From Clostridia bacterium (GTDB taxonomy: Bacteria > Bacillota > Clostridia > Oscillospirales > CAG-382), in the NCBI GenBank assembly GCA_017549925.1, contig JAFYNA010000042.1:1-33542 (forward strand): a stretch of DNA of 33,542 nucleotides, written 5' to 3'. Every line of letters begins with the position of its first letter. Within the stretch, counting starts at the first letter, position 1. The notes below the pieces were generated by a model. The model made no database searches. It was not told the DNA's origin and saw only the letters and a program-made list of their open reading frames with translations. Positions 17,055 to 26,259 of the stretch are shown one piece after another. The position numbers were made by a program, and so were the translations under genes.

Positions 17055-17672
17055 ATGCTGCATCTTTCAGAAAATTTAAGACTTTGCCGCTTAGAAAAAG
17101 ACATGACCCAGGAGGAGTTGGCAGAGTGCTTAGGGGTAACGCCCCAAAGCGTTTCCAAGTGGGAGCGAGGGGAGACGTATCCGGACATCACGCTTTTGCC
17201 TGCCTTGGCAAACGTATTTGATACGGGGATTGATTTCTTGATGGGAATGGATAAAATTCGTGCCGCCAAAACCTTGTATGACATCCACGACCAAGCACAC
17301 CGTGCCATGGGTGAAGAGGCTTTCACAACAGCAGAAAAGATCTATCGTGAGGCGTTGCTGATCTATCCCAACAAGCCCGAGATGCTTTTGGGATTGTCGT
17401 CTGCGCTGGCAATGCAGGGCGCGGCAGGGGAGGCGATCCCCCTTGCGGAAAAGGGAATTTCTCTTTCCGGCAACGAAAAGCAAAAAGCCACCATGCGTGC
17501 GGTGCTTTGCTTCTTGTATTTGCAAATCGGGGAACGGGAGCGGGCGTTGGATTTGGCTTCCTCTTTGCCCCATGTAAGAGAAAGCCGCGAAGAGGTTGTT
17601 CCAAAACTGCAGAAGCCGTTGCCCGAAGAGGCATTGGCGAAGGAACTACGACTTTTGATTTTAGGCGCGTAA
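17055..17672 (+). CDS. XRE HTH regulator with TPR-like helices
   Basis: 'MTQEELAECLGVTPQSVSKWERGETYPDI'; 'AEKIYREALLIYPN' TPR-like. RBS AAGGAG supports start 17055. Confidence 0.88.
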   Translation: MLHLSENLRLCRLEKDMTQEELAECLGVTPQSVSKWERGETYPDITLLPALANVFDTGIDFLMGMDKIRAAKTLYDIHDQAHRAMGEEAFTTAEKIYREALLIYPNKPEMLLGLSSALAMQGAAGEAIPLAEKGISLSGNEKQKATMRAVLCFLYLQIGERERALDLASSLPHVRESREEVVPKLQKPLPEEALAKELRLLILGA

Positions 17673-17711
17673 CGCTCCCTTGTAAGGCGAGCCCATTCGA
17701 ATACCCGTCGC

Positions 17712-17740
17712 TTGCAAAAAGGCGGAAATGGGTGTATACT
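17712..17740 (+). promoter_or_regulatory. sigmaA-type promoter (second XRE-TPR gene)
   Basis: TTGCAA-17 nt-TATACT. Confidence 0.6.
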
Positions 17741-17780
17741 GTTACCGTCGGCCGACCAAATGTTTTTTTGGAGGAAAACC

Positions 17781-18782
17781 ATGAATTTAAAAATAGGGAC
17801 TCAAATCAAAAAGCTTCGTCTTGCGCGTGGGATGACCCAGGAGGCGGTGGCGGAGTATGTGGGTGTTTCGTATCAAGCGGTGAGCAAGTGGGAAACCGGT
17901 GTAACGCTGCCGGATATTGCACTACTGCCCGCCTTGGCGACTTTGTTCGGCGTACGTATTGATGGGCTGTTTTGCGTTGATCGCACCGACGAGTTGGCGC
18001 GGATTGATAGCATTTTGTATCGCGAGAAGCTGACGGAAGAGAGCTTTTCCTATGCCAAAAGCATTTTGGAAAGTATGCTCGGGGAAAAAGAGGACGATGC
18101 GGAGGCGTTAAAGCGGTATGCCGAATTGCTCTTGAAGCGGATCAACGGAGATATGTTGACTGCACGCCGTATGGTGGAGCAGGCGTTGCAGCTCGTTCCG
18201 AAGGACGAAGAGGCGTTTTCTCTTTACCGCCGTCTTTGCCCCGGAGGGCGGGAAGCTGTTCAAAGCGGGAATGATACATTTCTGCGGGTATGCCGCCTTT
18301 ACGAAAACGGAGAAATGCAACGGCGGATGCTGATAGAGGCTATGTTGTCCATGGGATATTTTTCCGATGCGAAAGATCTGATTTCTCGCATTGAAACGCC
18401 CTGCATGAGAGAGATTTTCTGCGGAGAGCTTGCTCTTGCTGCCGGGGAGCGGGAAACCGCCGCTGCTATTTGGAGTGCCATTCCCGCGGACGATTCCAAG
18501 GGACAGTATGAGGCAGGAGAGAGGTTGAAGGCTTTGGGAGATTACGAAAGAGCTGTGCTCTGTTACCGCAACGCCTTTGCTGCGCAGGAGAGTCCCAGAG
18601 ATCTTTCGGCTTTGTATTCCTTGGCTTTTCTGCTTATAAAGCTGGAACGATACGGGGAGGCGGCAGAAGTCTGGCAGCAGATCTTAACCGTTTTGGAAAA
18701 GGATCACGGCATCTCGGAGGGCGAGACCGTGGAATGGGCGCGACGAGAGCTGCGCAGTGCAGAAGAAAGAGCCTGCCTTTGA
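17781..18782 (+). CDS. XRE HTH regulator with multiple TPR-like repeats
   Basis: 'MTQEAVAEYVGVSYQAVSKWETGVTLPDI'; 'GDYERAVLCYRNA' and 'RYGEAAEVWQQIL'. RBS GGAGG. Confidence 0.88.
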   Translation: MNLKIGTQIKKLRLARGMTQEAVAEYVGVSYQAVSKWETGVTLPDIALLPALATLFGVRIDGLFCVDRTDELARIDSILYREKLTEESFSYAKSILESMLGEKEDDAEALKRYAELLLKRINGDMLTARRMVEQALQLVPKDEEAFSLYRRLCPGGREAVQSGNDTFLRVCRLYENGEMQRRMLIEAMLSMGYFSDAKDLISRIETPCMREIFCGELALAAGERETAAAIWSAIPADDSKGQYEAGERLKALGDYERAVLCYRNAFAAQESPRDLSALYSLAFLLIKLERYGEAAEVWQQILTVLEKDHGISEGETVEWARRELRSAEERACL

Positions 18783-18832
18783 TGTTTTTTTGAGGATGCC
18801 ATAGCAGTAGCGAAGGAGAAAAAGTTTTCTTG

Positions 18833-18861
18833 TTGCATTTCTTCTTTTTGTGTGGTACAAT
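18833..18861 (+). promoter_or_regulatory. sigmaA-type promoter (esterase)
   Basis: TTGCAT-17 nt-TACAAT with extended TG. Confidence 0.6.
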
Positions 18862-18895
18862 AAAGCATCAACCATCAAAAGGAAGAGGAACGCGT

Positions 18896-19798
18896 ATGGA
18901 AGACCGTAAGCAAAAATGGGCAGCCGCATTGGGAGAGCCTTCTGCTGCCGTGGAGGTGGGCGAAAAGGCTTTGCTCTGCCGTTATGAGAAAGAGGATTAC
19001 ACCTTGGAGCTGTACCGACAGCCCTTGGCGGACGGCACCTTTCAGCGGGTGATGCTGGCCTTCCCGGGGAACGTGACCTTCCCCGCGCCTGCGGTGGCTG
19101 TTCCCTTTTATTTCCCCGAGGCCATGCTGGGGTATGACCCTGCTACGGGGGAAGCCCTGCCTTTCTACGCAGGGGTGGAAATGATGTTGCATCTGGTGAA
19201 GCGGGGGTATATTGCCGCCTGCGCGGATGCTTACCATCTGACCTATGCGGAAAGCGAGAAATCCCGGGACGACTTCACCCGTTGGCGAGATGCCGCGAGA
19301 AAATTGCACGCAGATCATCCCCATTGGTCGGGCATGGGGAAATTGCTCTCCGATACCCGCCGTATGATCGATGCTCTTTGTGAGGATGCCAGAGTAGACT
19401 CTGCCCGAGTGGGCATTGCGGGGCATTCCTTGGGTGGTAAGATGGCCTTTTACACGGGATGTCTGGATCAGCGTGTCAAGGTGATCTTGGCCAGTGACTT
19501 CGGTTTTGGCTGGGAGCAATCCAACTGGGACGAGCCTTGGTATTGGAACGGACGCGTAAAAGAATTGGAAGCTTTAGGGCTGGATCACACCCTGCTTTTG
19601 GAGCTGGCGGCACCTAAGCCCTTCTGCCTGCTGGCAGGGGAGTACGACGATGCTTCCTCCGGAGAGGCGATGAGCCGTGCCGCGGGATATGCTGACCACT
19701 CCAATCATTTGAAGCTGGTGCATCACGGAAAGGGACACCGCCCCACCGCCGAGGCCTTGGCCGAGGGCTATGAGTTCCTCCATCACTTCCTTAAATAA
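18896..19798 (+). CDS. Alpha/beta hydrolase (dienelactone hydrolase / carbohydrate esterase-like)
   Basis: 'VDSARVGIAGHSLGGK' GxSxG motif, 'LAAPKPF', 'HGKGH'. Confidence 0.85.
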   Translation: MEDRKQKWAAALGEPSAAVEVGEKALLCRYEKEDYTLELYRQPLADGTFQRVMLAFPGNVTFPAPAVAVPFYFPEAMLGYDPATGEALPFYAGVEMMLHLVKRGYIAACADAYHLTYAESEKSRDDFTRWRDAARKLHADHPHWSGMGKLLSDTRRMIDALCEDARVDSARVGIAGHSLGGKMAFYTGCLDQRVKVILASDFGFGWEQSNWDEPWYWNGRVKELEALGLDHTLLLELAAPKPFCLLAGEYDDASSGEAMSRAAGYADHSNHLKLVHHGKGHRPTAEALAEGYEFLHHFLK

Positions 19799-19806
19799 TA
19801 TATGAG

Positions 19807-19843
19807 AAAGCCTCCCGCAGAGATGAACTGCAGGAGGCTTTTT
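19807..19843. terminator. Bidirectional terminator
   Basis: AAAGCCTCC.GCAG / CTGC.GGAGGCTTT stem between convergent genes. Confidence 0.8.
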
Positions 19844-19844
19844 G

Positions 19845-20639
19845 TCAGCTTAAGCGAAGGATGGTGAGGAGGTTGGCCACGGGCAGAGTGCCGCCGGGAG
19901 CAGAGGCTAAGGTGAGGGTGGAATTGTTTTCGACGGGATTGCGCAGGGTCAGCAACGTGCCGGAGGCGGTGACGTTGAGCAATGCTGTGCCAAACAGCAC
20001 CGAGTCGTTTTGCCCCGTGCCTGCCACGGTGCCAGATTGGGGCGCGCCGTTCAAGGTGAGCAAAACCTGCCCGGAGTTGGCCACGTTCACCCGAAAGGTG
20101 ACGAAATAGACCCCGGGGACGGAGAGCAGGATCTCGGTGGAGGACACTCTGCCGATATCCGTGTTGGCGATAACGCCGTTGCGGGGGAAGGGGATATCTC
20201 CCCCTGCGGGGACGGTGACGCCGTTATCCTCTGGTACCAAGGAATAAAATTCCCCGTAGGACAGCAGTCCGCCGCTGGCACCCCGGGGTCCGGTAGCACC
20301 TGCGGGGCCGGGTTCACCCATGGGTCCCTGGGGGCCGATAGGACCTTGGGCACCGGTGGCACCTTGCGGGCCTTGTACCCCTTGCGGACCTTGGGGACCT
20401 ACCGGGCCTTGCAGACCCATGGGGCCGGGCTCTCCCTGAGGGCCTTGTACCCCTTGCGGGCCTTGAGGGCCTGCTTCGCCCTGCTCTCCTTGGGGGCCTT
20501 GGGGACCGATGGGACCGGGAGGACAGATGAGGCAACGGCAGGCAGCGCACTCCGGGGGACAAAGGGTATAGGGGCAACCATTACACCCGCCGCAAGAGCT
20601 GCGGCGGTTACTGTTTTGAAAGGCTTGTTGATCGTTCAT
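19845..20639 (-). CDS. Collagen-like protein (BclA-like exosporium type)
   Basis: Cys-rich N-terminus, 27 consecutive Gly-X-Y triplets and a beta-rich C-terminal domain; sigmaK-like promoter upstream. Confidence 0.88.
   Translation of the reverse strand: MNDQQAFQNSNRRSSCGGCNGCPYTLCPPECAACRCLICPPGPIGPQGPQGEQGEAGPQGPQGVQGPQGEPGPMGLQGPVGPQGPQGVQGPQGATGAQGPIGPQGPMGEPGPAGATGPRGASGGLLSYGEFYSLVPEDNGVTVPAGGDIPFPRNGVIANTDIGRVSSTEILLSVPGVYFVTFRVNVANSGQVLLTLNGAPQSGTVAGTGQNDSVLFGTALLNVTASGTLLTLRNPVENNSTLTLASAPGGTLPVANLLTILRLS
20274..20516 (-). repeat. Collagen Gly-X-Y repeat region
   Basis: 27 triplets, GPQ-rich. Confidence 0.95.
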
Positions 20640-20685
20640 CAAGAAAAAACTCCTGTTGTTTTGAGATTGAAGCTGTATCCTTAAC

Positions 20686-20713
20686 AGTGTATGAGCCGCG
20701 GTGGCGGAAGGTC
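20686..20713 (-). promoter_or_regulatory. sigmaK-like (late mother-cell) promoter
   Basis: GACC-16 nt-CATACACT on the minus strand, upstream of the collagen-like gene. Confidence 0.6.
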
Positions 20714-20749
20714 ACGGGAAAGATTTTTTGCCCTTCCCACAAAAAAATG

Positions 20750-20778
20750 TTGCAATGTGAAAAAAATGATGGTATAAT
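20750..20778 (+). promoter_or_regulatory. sigmaA-type promoter of the uxu operon
   Basis: TTGCAA-17 nt-TATAAT with extended TG. Confidence 0.7.
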
Positions 20779-20816
20779 GCAAACGGAAAAGAATGCAAAA
20801 AAGCGAGGAGATCTTT

Positions 20817-21917
20817 ATGGCGATGAAGATGTGTTTCCGCTGGTACGGAGAGGGCAACGATAAAATTTCTCTTTCCGATATCAAGCAGATCCCGGGTGTG
20901 GACGGGATCGTTTGGGCTTTGCACCACAAAATGCCCGGTGAAATCTGGGAGACCTGGGAGATCGCGGAGGTCAAGCGTCAGCTGGATGCTTACGGCTTCA
21001 ACATGGACGTGGTGGAATCCGTCAACGTTCACGACGATATCAAGATCGGCCTGCCCACCAGAGACAAGTATATCGAGAATTACAAGCAGTGCATCCGCAA
21101 TCTTTCCAAGTTTGGGGTGAAGGTGATCTGCTATAACTTCATGCCCATCTTCGACTGGACGAGAAGTAACCTGTTCCATCCCGTAGGAGACGGCTCCACC
21201 GCACTGTTCTACGAAAAGAATATGATTCAGGACGATTACAACGCCATGGCTCAGTACATTCTGGATTTCACCGAAAAATACGGTATGTCCTTCCCCGGCT
21301 GGGAGCCTGAGCGTATGGCCAAGCTGGACGAGCTGTTCAAGGCTTACGAGGGCATCGACCACGAGAAGCTTTGGGCGAACCTGAAGTATTTTCTGGAAGC
21401 TATCATGCCCACCTGCCGCGAGTGCGATATCAAAATGGCCATCCACATGGATGACCCGCCGTGGGATATCTTTGGCCTGCCCAGACTGCTGATCGACGAG
21501 GAGAGCATCGGCAGATTCCTCTCTATGGTGGACGATGAGTACAACTGTCTCACCCTCTGCTCCGGAAGCTTGAACGCCAACCCCGACAACAACGTGGCGG
21601 CTATCGTGCGCAAGTATTGCGACCGCATTGCCTTTGCCCACATCCGCAACGTAAAGCATTTTGAGAACGGCGACTTTTCCGAGGCCAGCCACAGAGATTG
21701 TGACGGCGATACCGGTATTCTGGACATCCTCAAGGCGTATCACGATTGCGGATTTGAGGGCTACATCCGTCCCGATCACGGCAGACATCTGTGGAGCGAG
21801 GGTCCCGGAAGCGTACGTCCCGGTTATGGCCTGTATGACCGCGCCTTGGGCATTATGTATATGCTGGGCGTATGGGATTCCCTTGAAAAATACGACAAGA
21901 AGGAGAACGCACAATGA
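20817..21917 (+). CDS. uxuA: Mannonate dehydratase
   Basis: 'MKMCFRWYG', 'VVESVNVHDDIK', 'ICYNFMPIFDWTR', 'IHMDDPP', 'IRPDHG', 'PGYGLYDRALG'. Confidence 0.97.
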   Translation: MAMKMCFRWYGEGNDKISLSDIKQIPGVDGIVWALHHKMPGEIWETWEIAEVKRQLDAYGFNMDVVESVNVHDDIKIGLPTRDKYIENYKQCIRNLSKFGVKVICYNFMPIFDWTRSNLFHPVGDGSTALFYEKNMIQDDYNAMAQYILDFTEKYGMSFPGWEPERMAKLDELFKAYEGIDHEKLWANLKYFLEAIMPTCRECDIKMAIHMDDPPWDIFGLPRLLIDEESIGRFLSMVDDEYNCLTLCSGSLNANPDNNVAAIVRKYCDRIAFAHIRNVKHFENGDFSEASHRDCDGDTGILDILKAYHDCGFEGYIRPDHGRHLWSEGPGSVRPGYGLYDRALGIMYMLGVWDSLEKYDKKENAQ

Positions 21918-22759
21918 TGAACCTTCCTTTGAATATTGATTACAGCGGAAAAGTAGTGGTGGTCACCGGCGCAGGCGGTTTGATCTGCGGCGCGATGGCC
22001 AGAGCCTTTGCCCAGTCCGGCGCAAAGGTTGCCGCCCTTGACTTGAACGAGGAGGCGGTAAAGAAGCTTGCGGAGGAGCTGAAGGCCGAGGGCTTTATCT
22101 GCGAGGGCTATAAGGCCAACGTGCTGGAGCCCGCATCTCTGGAAGAGGTGCATCAAGCGGTGCTTGCCGACTTGGGTCCCTGCGACATTTTGGTCAACGG
22201 TGCAGGTGGCAACAACCCCAGAGCCACCACCGACAACGAATATCACCACGAGGCCAAGGAGGGAGGCAAGTCCTTCTTCGATCTGGATGCCTCCGGCGTG
22301 GACTTTGTGTTCAAGCTGAACTTCCAGGGTACGTTGCTGCCCACCCAGGCATTTGCCAAGGATATGGCGGAGAAGAAGGGCGGCTGTATCTTGAATATTT
22401 CTTCCATGAACGCATATACGCCTCTGACCAAGATCCCCGCGTATTCCGCGGCTAAGGCGGGCATTTCCAACTTTACCCAGTGGCTTGCCACCCACTTCGC
22501 AGGCACGGGCATCCGTTGCAACGCCATCGCCCCCGGCTTCTTGGTATCCGCTCAAAACAAGGCGCTTCTCTTCAATGAGGACGGCACTCCCACCGCAAGA
22601 AGCGCGAAGATCTTGAATGGCACTCCCATGGATCGCTTTGTGGATGCTTCCGAGCTTTTGGGCGCAACCCTGTTCCTGTGTGACGATCGTTCCGCCTCTG
22701 CCATCACCGGCGTGGTGCTTCCCATCGATTGCGGATTTGCGGCTTATTCCGGCGTGTAA
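21914..22759 (+). CDS. uxuB: SDR oxidoreductase, probable D-mannonate oxidoreductase
   Basis: TGAGGLIC, LVNGAGGN, YSAAK motifs; coupled to uxuA. Confidence 0.85.
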   Translation: MMNLPLNIDYSGKVVVVTGAGGLICGAMARAFAQSGAKVAALDLNEEAVKKLAEELKAEGFICEGYKANVLEPASLEEVHQAVLADLGPCDILVNGAGGNNPRATTDNEYHHEAKEGGKSFFDLDASGVDFVFKLNFQGTLLPTQAFAKDMAEKKGGCILNISSMNAYTPLTKIPAYSAAKAGISNFTQWLATHFAGTGIRCNAIAPGFLVSAQNKALLFNEDGTPTARSAKILNGTPMDRFVDASELLGATLFLCDDRSASAITGVVLPIDCGFAAYSGV

Positions 22760-22773
22760 AAAGGAGAACAATT

Positions 22774-23331
22774 ATGGAAAAATTCATCCCTGTTGTGGTG
22801 ATCAAGGAGCTTTCCGAGACGGATAAGATCCTCACCGCTCTGAAGAACAACGGCATCAACACCGCCGAGATCACCTTCCGTACCGCTTGCGCGGCGGAGG
22901 CTATCCGTTACGCGGTGAAAAACTATCCCGATATGGAGATCGGCGCAGGCACCGTGATCAACGGCGAACAGTGCAAGGCGGCCCTGGAGGCAGGCGCAAC
23001 CTTTATCGTATCTCCCGGCCTTTCTCCCGACGCGGCAAAGATCTGCGCCGAGAAGAACGTTCCCTACTATCCCGGATGCGTCACTCCCACCGAGATCATG
23101 GCGGCACTGGAGCTGGGCATCACCACGGTGAAATTCTTCCCCGCCAACGTATACGGCGGCTTGAAGGCGCTGAAGGCCCTTTCCGCTCCCTTCCCCCAGA
23201 TCAAATTCATCCCCACCGGCGGCGTGGACAGAAGTAACATCGACGAATTCCTTGCCTTTGACAAGGTCGCCGCCATCGGCGGAAGCTTCTTCGTAAAAGA
23301 ATCTTTGGATAAAATGGAGGCCGAAAAATGA
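22774..23331 (+). CDS. eda: KDPG/KHG aldolase
   Basis: 'AEITFRT', 'IGAGTV', 'FIVSPG', 'TPTEI', 'VKFFPA', 'PTGGV'. Confidence 0.95.
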   Translation: MEKFIPVVVIKELSETDKILTALKNNGINTAEITFRTACAAEAIRYAVKNYPDMEIGAGTVINGEQCKAALEAGATFIVSPGLSPDAAKICAEKNVPYYPGCVTPTEIMAALELGITTVKFFPANVYGGLKALKALSAPFPQIKFIPTGGVDRSNIDEFLAFDKVAAIGGSFFVKESLDKMEAEK

Positions 23332-24350
23332 GCAGAGTCGTAACCTTTGGCGAGCTGATGCTTCGCCTTGCCCCCAACGGATATTACCGTTTCTTCCAGA
23401 ATGATCAAATGCAGGCCACCTTCGGCGGCGGCGAAGCCAACGTAGCGGTTTCTCTTGCCAACTTCGGGCTGGACAGCGTTTACGTTACCAAGCTCCCCAA
23501 GCACGCCATCGGCCAGGGCGCGGTGGACTCCCTGCGCTACTTCGGCGTGGACACCTCCAAGATCGTCCGCGGCGGCGACCGCGTGGGCATCTACTTCCTG
23601 GAGAAGGGTGCTTCCCAGCGCGGCTCCGTGTGCATCTATGACAGAGCACATTCCGCTATTCAGGAATCTTCTCCCGCAGATTTTGATTGGGACGCTATCT
23701 TTGAGGGCGCGGATTGGTTCCACTTTACCGGCATCACCCCCGCCTTGGGCAAGAACTTAGTGGAGATCTGCCGCCAGGCTTGTATCGCCGCAAAGGCAAA
23801 GGGCGTGAAGATCTCCTGCGACCTGAACTACCGCGGCAAGCTCTGGACCCGCGAGGAAGCCCGCGAGGCCATGTCCGATCTCTGCCGTTACGTAGACGTC
23901 TGCATCTCCAACGAGGAGGACGCTAAGGACGTGTTCGGCATCGAGGCAGAAAACACCGACATCTACGGCGGCAAGCTGAACCACGAGGGCTACAAATCCG
24001 TGGCAAAGCAGTTGGCAGACAAATTCGGCTTCGAAAAGGTCGCCATCACCCTCCGCTCCTCCATCTCCGCCAACGATAACGACTGGGCAGGTATGCTCTA
24101 CGACGGCGAGAACTACTGCTTCTCCAAAACCTACCATCTCCACATCGTGGATCGCGTAGGCGGCGGCGACTCCTTCGGCGCAGGGCTGATCTACTCCCTG
24201 CTGGAGGGCAAGTCCACCCAGGCGGCCATCGAGTTCGCCGTGGCGGCATCCGCCCTCAAGCACTCCATCGAGGGGGACTACAACCGTGTCCGCGTTCCCG
24301 AGGTAGAGAAGCTGGCAGGCGGTGACGGCTCCGGCAGAGTCCAGAGATAA
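23328..24350 (+). CDS. kdgK: 2-keto-3-deoxygluconate kinase (PfkB family)
   Basis: 'TFGELMLRL', 'FGGGEANVA', 'DLNYRGKLW', 'DRVGGGDSF'. Confidence 0.93.
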   Translation: MSRVVTFGELMLRLAPNGYYRFFQNDQMQATFGGGEANVAVSLANFGLDSVYVTKLPKHAIGQGAVDSLRYFGVDTSKIVRGGDRVGIYFLEKGASQRGSVCIYDRAHSAIQESSPADFDWDAIFEGADWFHFTGITPALGKNLVEICRQACIAAKAKGVKISCDLNYRGKLWTREEAREAMSDLCRYVDVCISNEEDAKDVFGIEAENTDIYGGKLNHEGYKSVAKQLADKFGFEKVAITLRSSISANDNDWAGMLYDGENYCFSKTYHLHIVDRVGGGDSFGAGLIYSLLEGKSTQAAIEFAVAASALKHSIEGDYNRVRVPEVEKLAGGDGSGRVQR

Positions 24351-24526
24351 TTTCGTAACGTCCCAAATCTCTCGCGGTTTTCACGAAGGAAATGCATTTT
24401 TGCACGGAACGCATTGCTCCCGTGCAAAAAGGTCGCTAAAATAGTATATGTAGGAGAATGCCGACTCGTGCCGCCATTTTCTTGCAGATCAATTAAAAAA
24501 TAAACATACAAAAGGAGTACATCCCC

Positions 24527-24922
24527 ATGAACAAAGGTTTCTCTCTCGTTGAACTGATCGTTGTTATCGCGATCATGGCAATCCTCGTAGGTGTTGCAGT
24601 TCCTGTTTACACCCAGTACATCACTTCCGCAAATGAATCTGTTGACAAGCAGACTGTTGGCGAAGTTGAGCACGCTATCGAAGTTCTTTTGATCGACAAT
24701 GAGGTAAATAATCCTACTGGCGTATGGAAGATTGAGTTGACCAAGACTGGTTTGGAGCTTGCAACTGCTTCTGCTAGTGATACTACCGCCCAGGCCTTCT
24801 TGGTTAAGCTTAAGGGTATTGTTCCTGACGCTAAGCTGAAGACCTTGGATGATGTTACTTTCACCATTAATGGATACTCTGTGGACAACGATCTTTCTAA
24901 AGACGAAGCTGTCTACGACTAA
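24527..24922 (+). CDS. Type IV pilin / pseudopilin
   Basis: MNKG|FSLVELIVVIAIMAILVGVAVP prepilin cleavage/methylation motif with Glu5; RBS AAGGAG. Confidence 0.92.
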   Translation: MNKGFSLVELIVVIAIMAILVGVAVPVYTQYITSANESVDKQTVGEVEHAIEVLLIDNEVNNPTGVWKIELTKTGLELATASASDTTAQAFLVKLKGIVPDAKLKTLDDVTFTINGYSVDNDLSKDEAVYD

Positions 24923-24936
24923 TCTCTAACCCCTTT

Positions 24937-24965
24937 AAACCCTCCCACCTCGGGAGGGTTTTTTT
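24937..24965 (+). terminator. Intrinsic terminator T1 (related to T2 and T3)
   Basis: AAACCCTCCC-acctc-GGGAGGGTTT followed by a T-tract. Confidence 0.85.
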
Positions 24966-24994
24966 CTATCCTGGGTGGACTTTTTTGCGATTAT

Positions 24995-25041
24995 CGCGGG
25001 ATTTTCGCGGGATGACAAAACGGATCCTTTCATGATACAAT
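24995..25041 (+). promoter_or_regulatory. Promoter with tandem direct repeats (unit A)
   Basis: CGCGGGAT at 24995 and 25006 (11-bp period), running into a weak -35 ATGACA; extended -10 TGaTACAAT. Confidence 0.6.
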
Positions 25042-25074
25042 AGGGAAGCTCCTCCATAGAAAGGAACTATAAGT

Positions 25075-25602
25075 ATGTTAACGCACAACTTTTATCAATA
25101 TTTTTCCGCTTTTGCAGAGCGTTTTTATACCGAGACAAGCACCATCACCGCAGAGCTGGTGGACTACAACGGCGTGCCGTTCACAAAGGTATACGAATAC
25201 AACACCAATATGCCCAGAAGCCTTTTGGGCGGCATGATCTCTCCCCGATGCGGCACAATGGGAATAGAAGGTGCTTGGTTTGGCAAAAGCTCCGCCCCTC
25301 CTCGTATCACCGACTACACGCTGAACGAGCCATACACCAAAGGTGAGCTGACCGCCTACGCCAACACCCTCCCTACAGGCACCCACACCGACGAGTTTTA
25401 TAGTGTCTCTACTGCGTACACCATCACAAACAATACTTCTGCCGATCTGACCATCGCCGAAGTTGGGATCTTCGCCCGCCACGTTAGTTCAGGAGAGCAT
25501 TTCTGCCTGCTGGATCGCACCGTGTTGGAAACTCCCATTATCATCCCGCCCAAGAAAACAGTTTCCATGGAATACGTGATCAAATTCCCTTACGGGACGT
25601 AA
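25075..25602 (+). CDS. Hypothetical 175-aa protein, paralog A (phage tail/baseplate-like motifs)
   Basis: RBS AGAAAGGA. 'G...P...DYTL', 'TNNTSADLTIAEVGIF' and 'LLDRTVLETPIIIP' recall phage tail-associated beta proteins (by eye only). Confidence 0.75.
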   Translation: MLTHNFYQYFSAFAERFYTETSTITAELVDYNGVPFTKVYEYNTNMPRSLLGGMISPRCGTMGIEGAWFGKSSAPPRITDYTLNEPYTKGELTAYANTLPTGTHTDEFYSVSTAYTITNNTSADLTIAEVGIFARHVSSGEHFCLLDRTVLETPIIIPPKKTVSMEYVIKFPYGT

Positions 25603-25634
25603 AAGCTAGACCCTCCTTCGGGAGGGTTTTTCTT
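25569..25634 (+). repeat. 66-bp block (gene 3' end plus terminator T2), copy 1
   Basis: 64/66 identical to 26226-26291; contains AGACCCTCC-TTCG-GGAGGGTTTTT. Confidence 0.95.
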
Positions 25635-25642
25635 TGGACTTT

Positions 25643-25688
25643 CGTGGGATTTTTGCGGGATGAAAATAGTTTTCGCCTATGGTATACT
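25643..25688 (+). promoter_or_regulatory. Promoter with tandem direct repeats (unit B)
   Basis: CGTGGGAT at 25643 and TGCGGGAT at 25654 (11-bp period), weak -35 ATGAAA, 17 nt, extended -10 TGgTATACT. Confidence 0.6.
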
Positions 25689-25731
25689 TTTCTTGCTCCT
25701 CTTATGTAAATAAAGAAAGGAAAACGAAAGT

Positions 25732-26259
25732 ATGCTCACGAAAAATTTCTGGTCGCTGGCAAGTCAATTGCTCGGCCGTTATAACAACAGCTCAAAATCG
25801 GTGGTGCTGACCAACACCTCCGGCGGCACCGCCTCCGAAACCCCGTATTCTTCTACGGCGAAGCCTTATACCATGCTGGGGTCGGTTTGCCTGCCCAAAA
25901 CCTCAAACTACGGCAATGCTTATGGCGTTTTCTATGGCAGAGGCAGAACACCCGCGACCATGGATGACTACACCATGGAAGATCCCATCGTTGACGGATC
26001 TCTCACCGTCTCCGAGGGAGGACCCGGGGCTCTGACTGTAGCGTTGAATGAAGATCACCTGCGGATCTCCGGCGTGCATCAGCTTACCAACAATACGGCC
26101 GAGGACATCTATATTTGGGAAGTCGGGTTGCACATCATTTTTGCTACGGCAGGCAAAGCGTATTTGATGGAACACACGGTTCTGGAAGAGCCTATTGTTG
26201 TCCCTGCCGGAAATACGATTTCAACGGAATACGTCATCAAATTCCCTTACGGGACGTAA
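25732..26259 (+). CDS. Hypothetical 175-aa protein, paralog B
   Basis: RBS AGAAAGGA; shares MLTxNF, DYT, TNNT..D..I.EVG, TVLE.PI..P and EYVIKFPYGT with paralog A. Confidence 0.75.
   Translation: MLTKNFWSLASQLLGRYNNSSKSVVLTNTSGGTASETPYSSTAKPYTMLGSVCLPKTSNYGNAYGVFYGRGRTPATMDDYTMEDPIVDGSLTVSEGGPGALTVALNEDHLRISGVHQLTNNTAEDIYIWEVGLHIIFATAGKAYLMEHTVLEEPIVVPAGNTISTEYVIKFPYGT

Noticed and set aside
25075-26259. Diversity-generating retroelement (TR/VR pair)
   Set aside because: There is no reverse transcriptase in the window. The 3' end is the conserved part rather than the variable part, and the two mismatches (G/C, T/C) are not adenine-specific.
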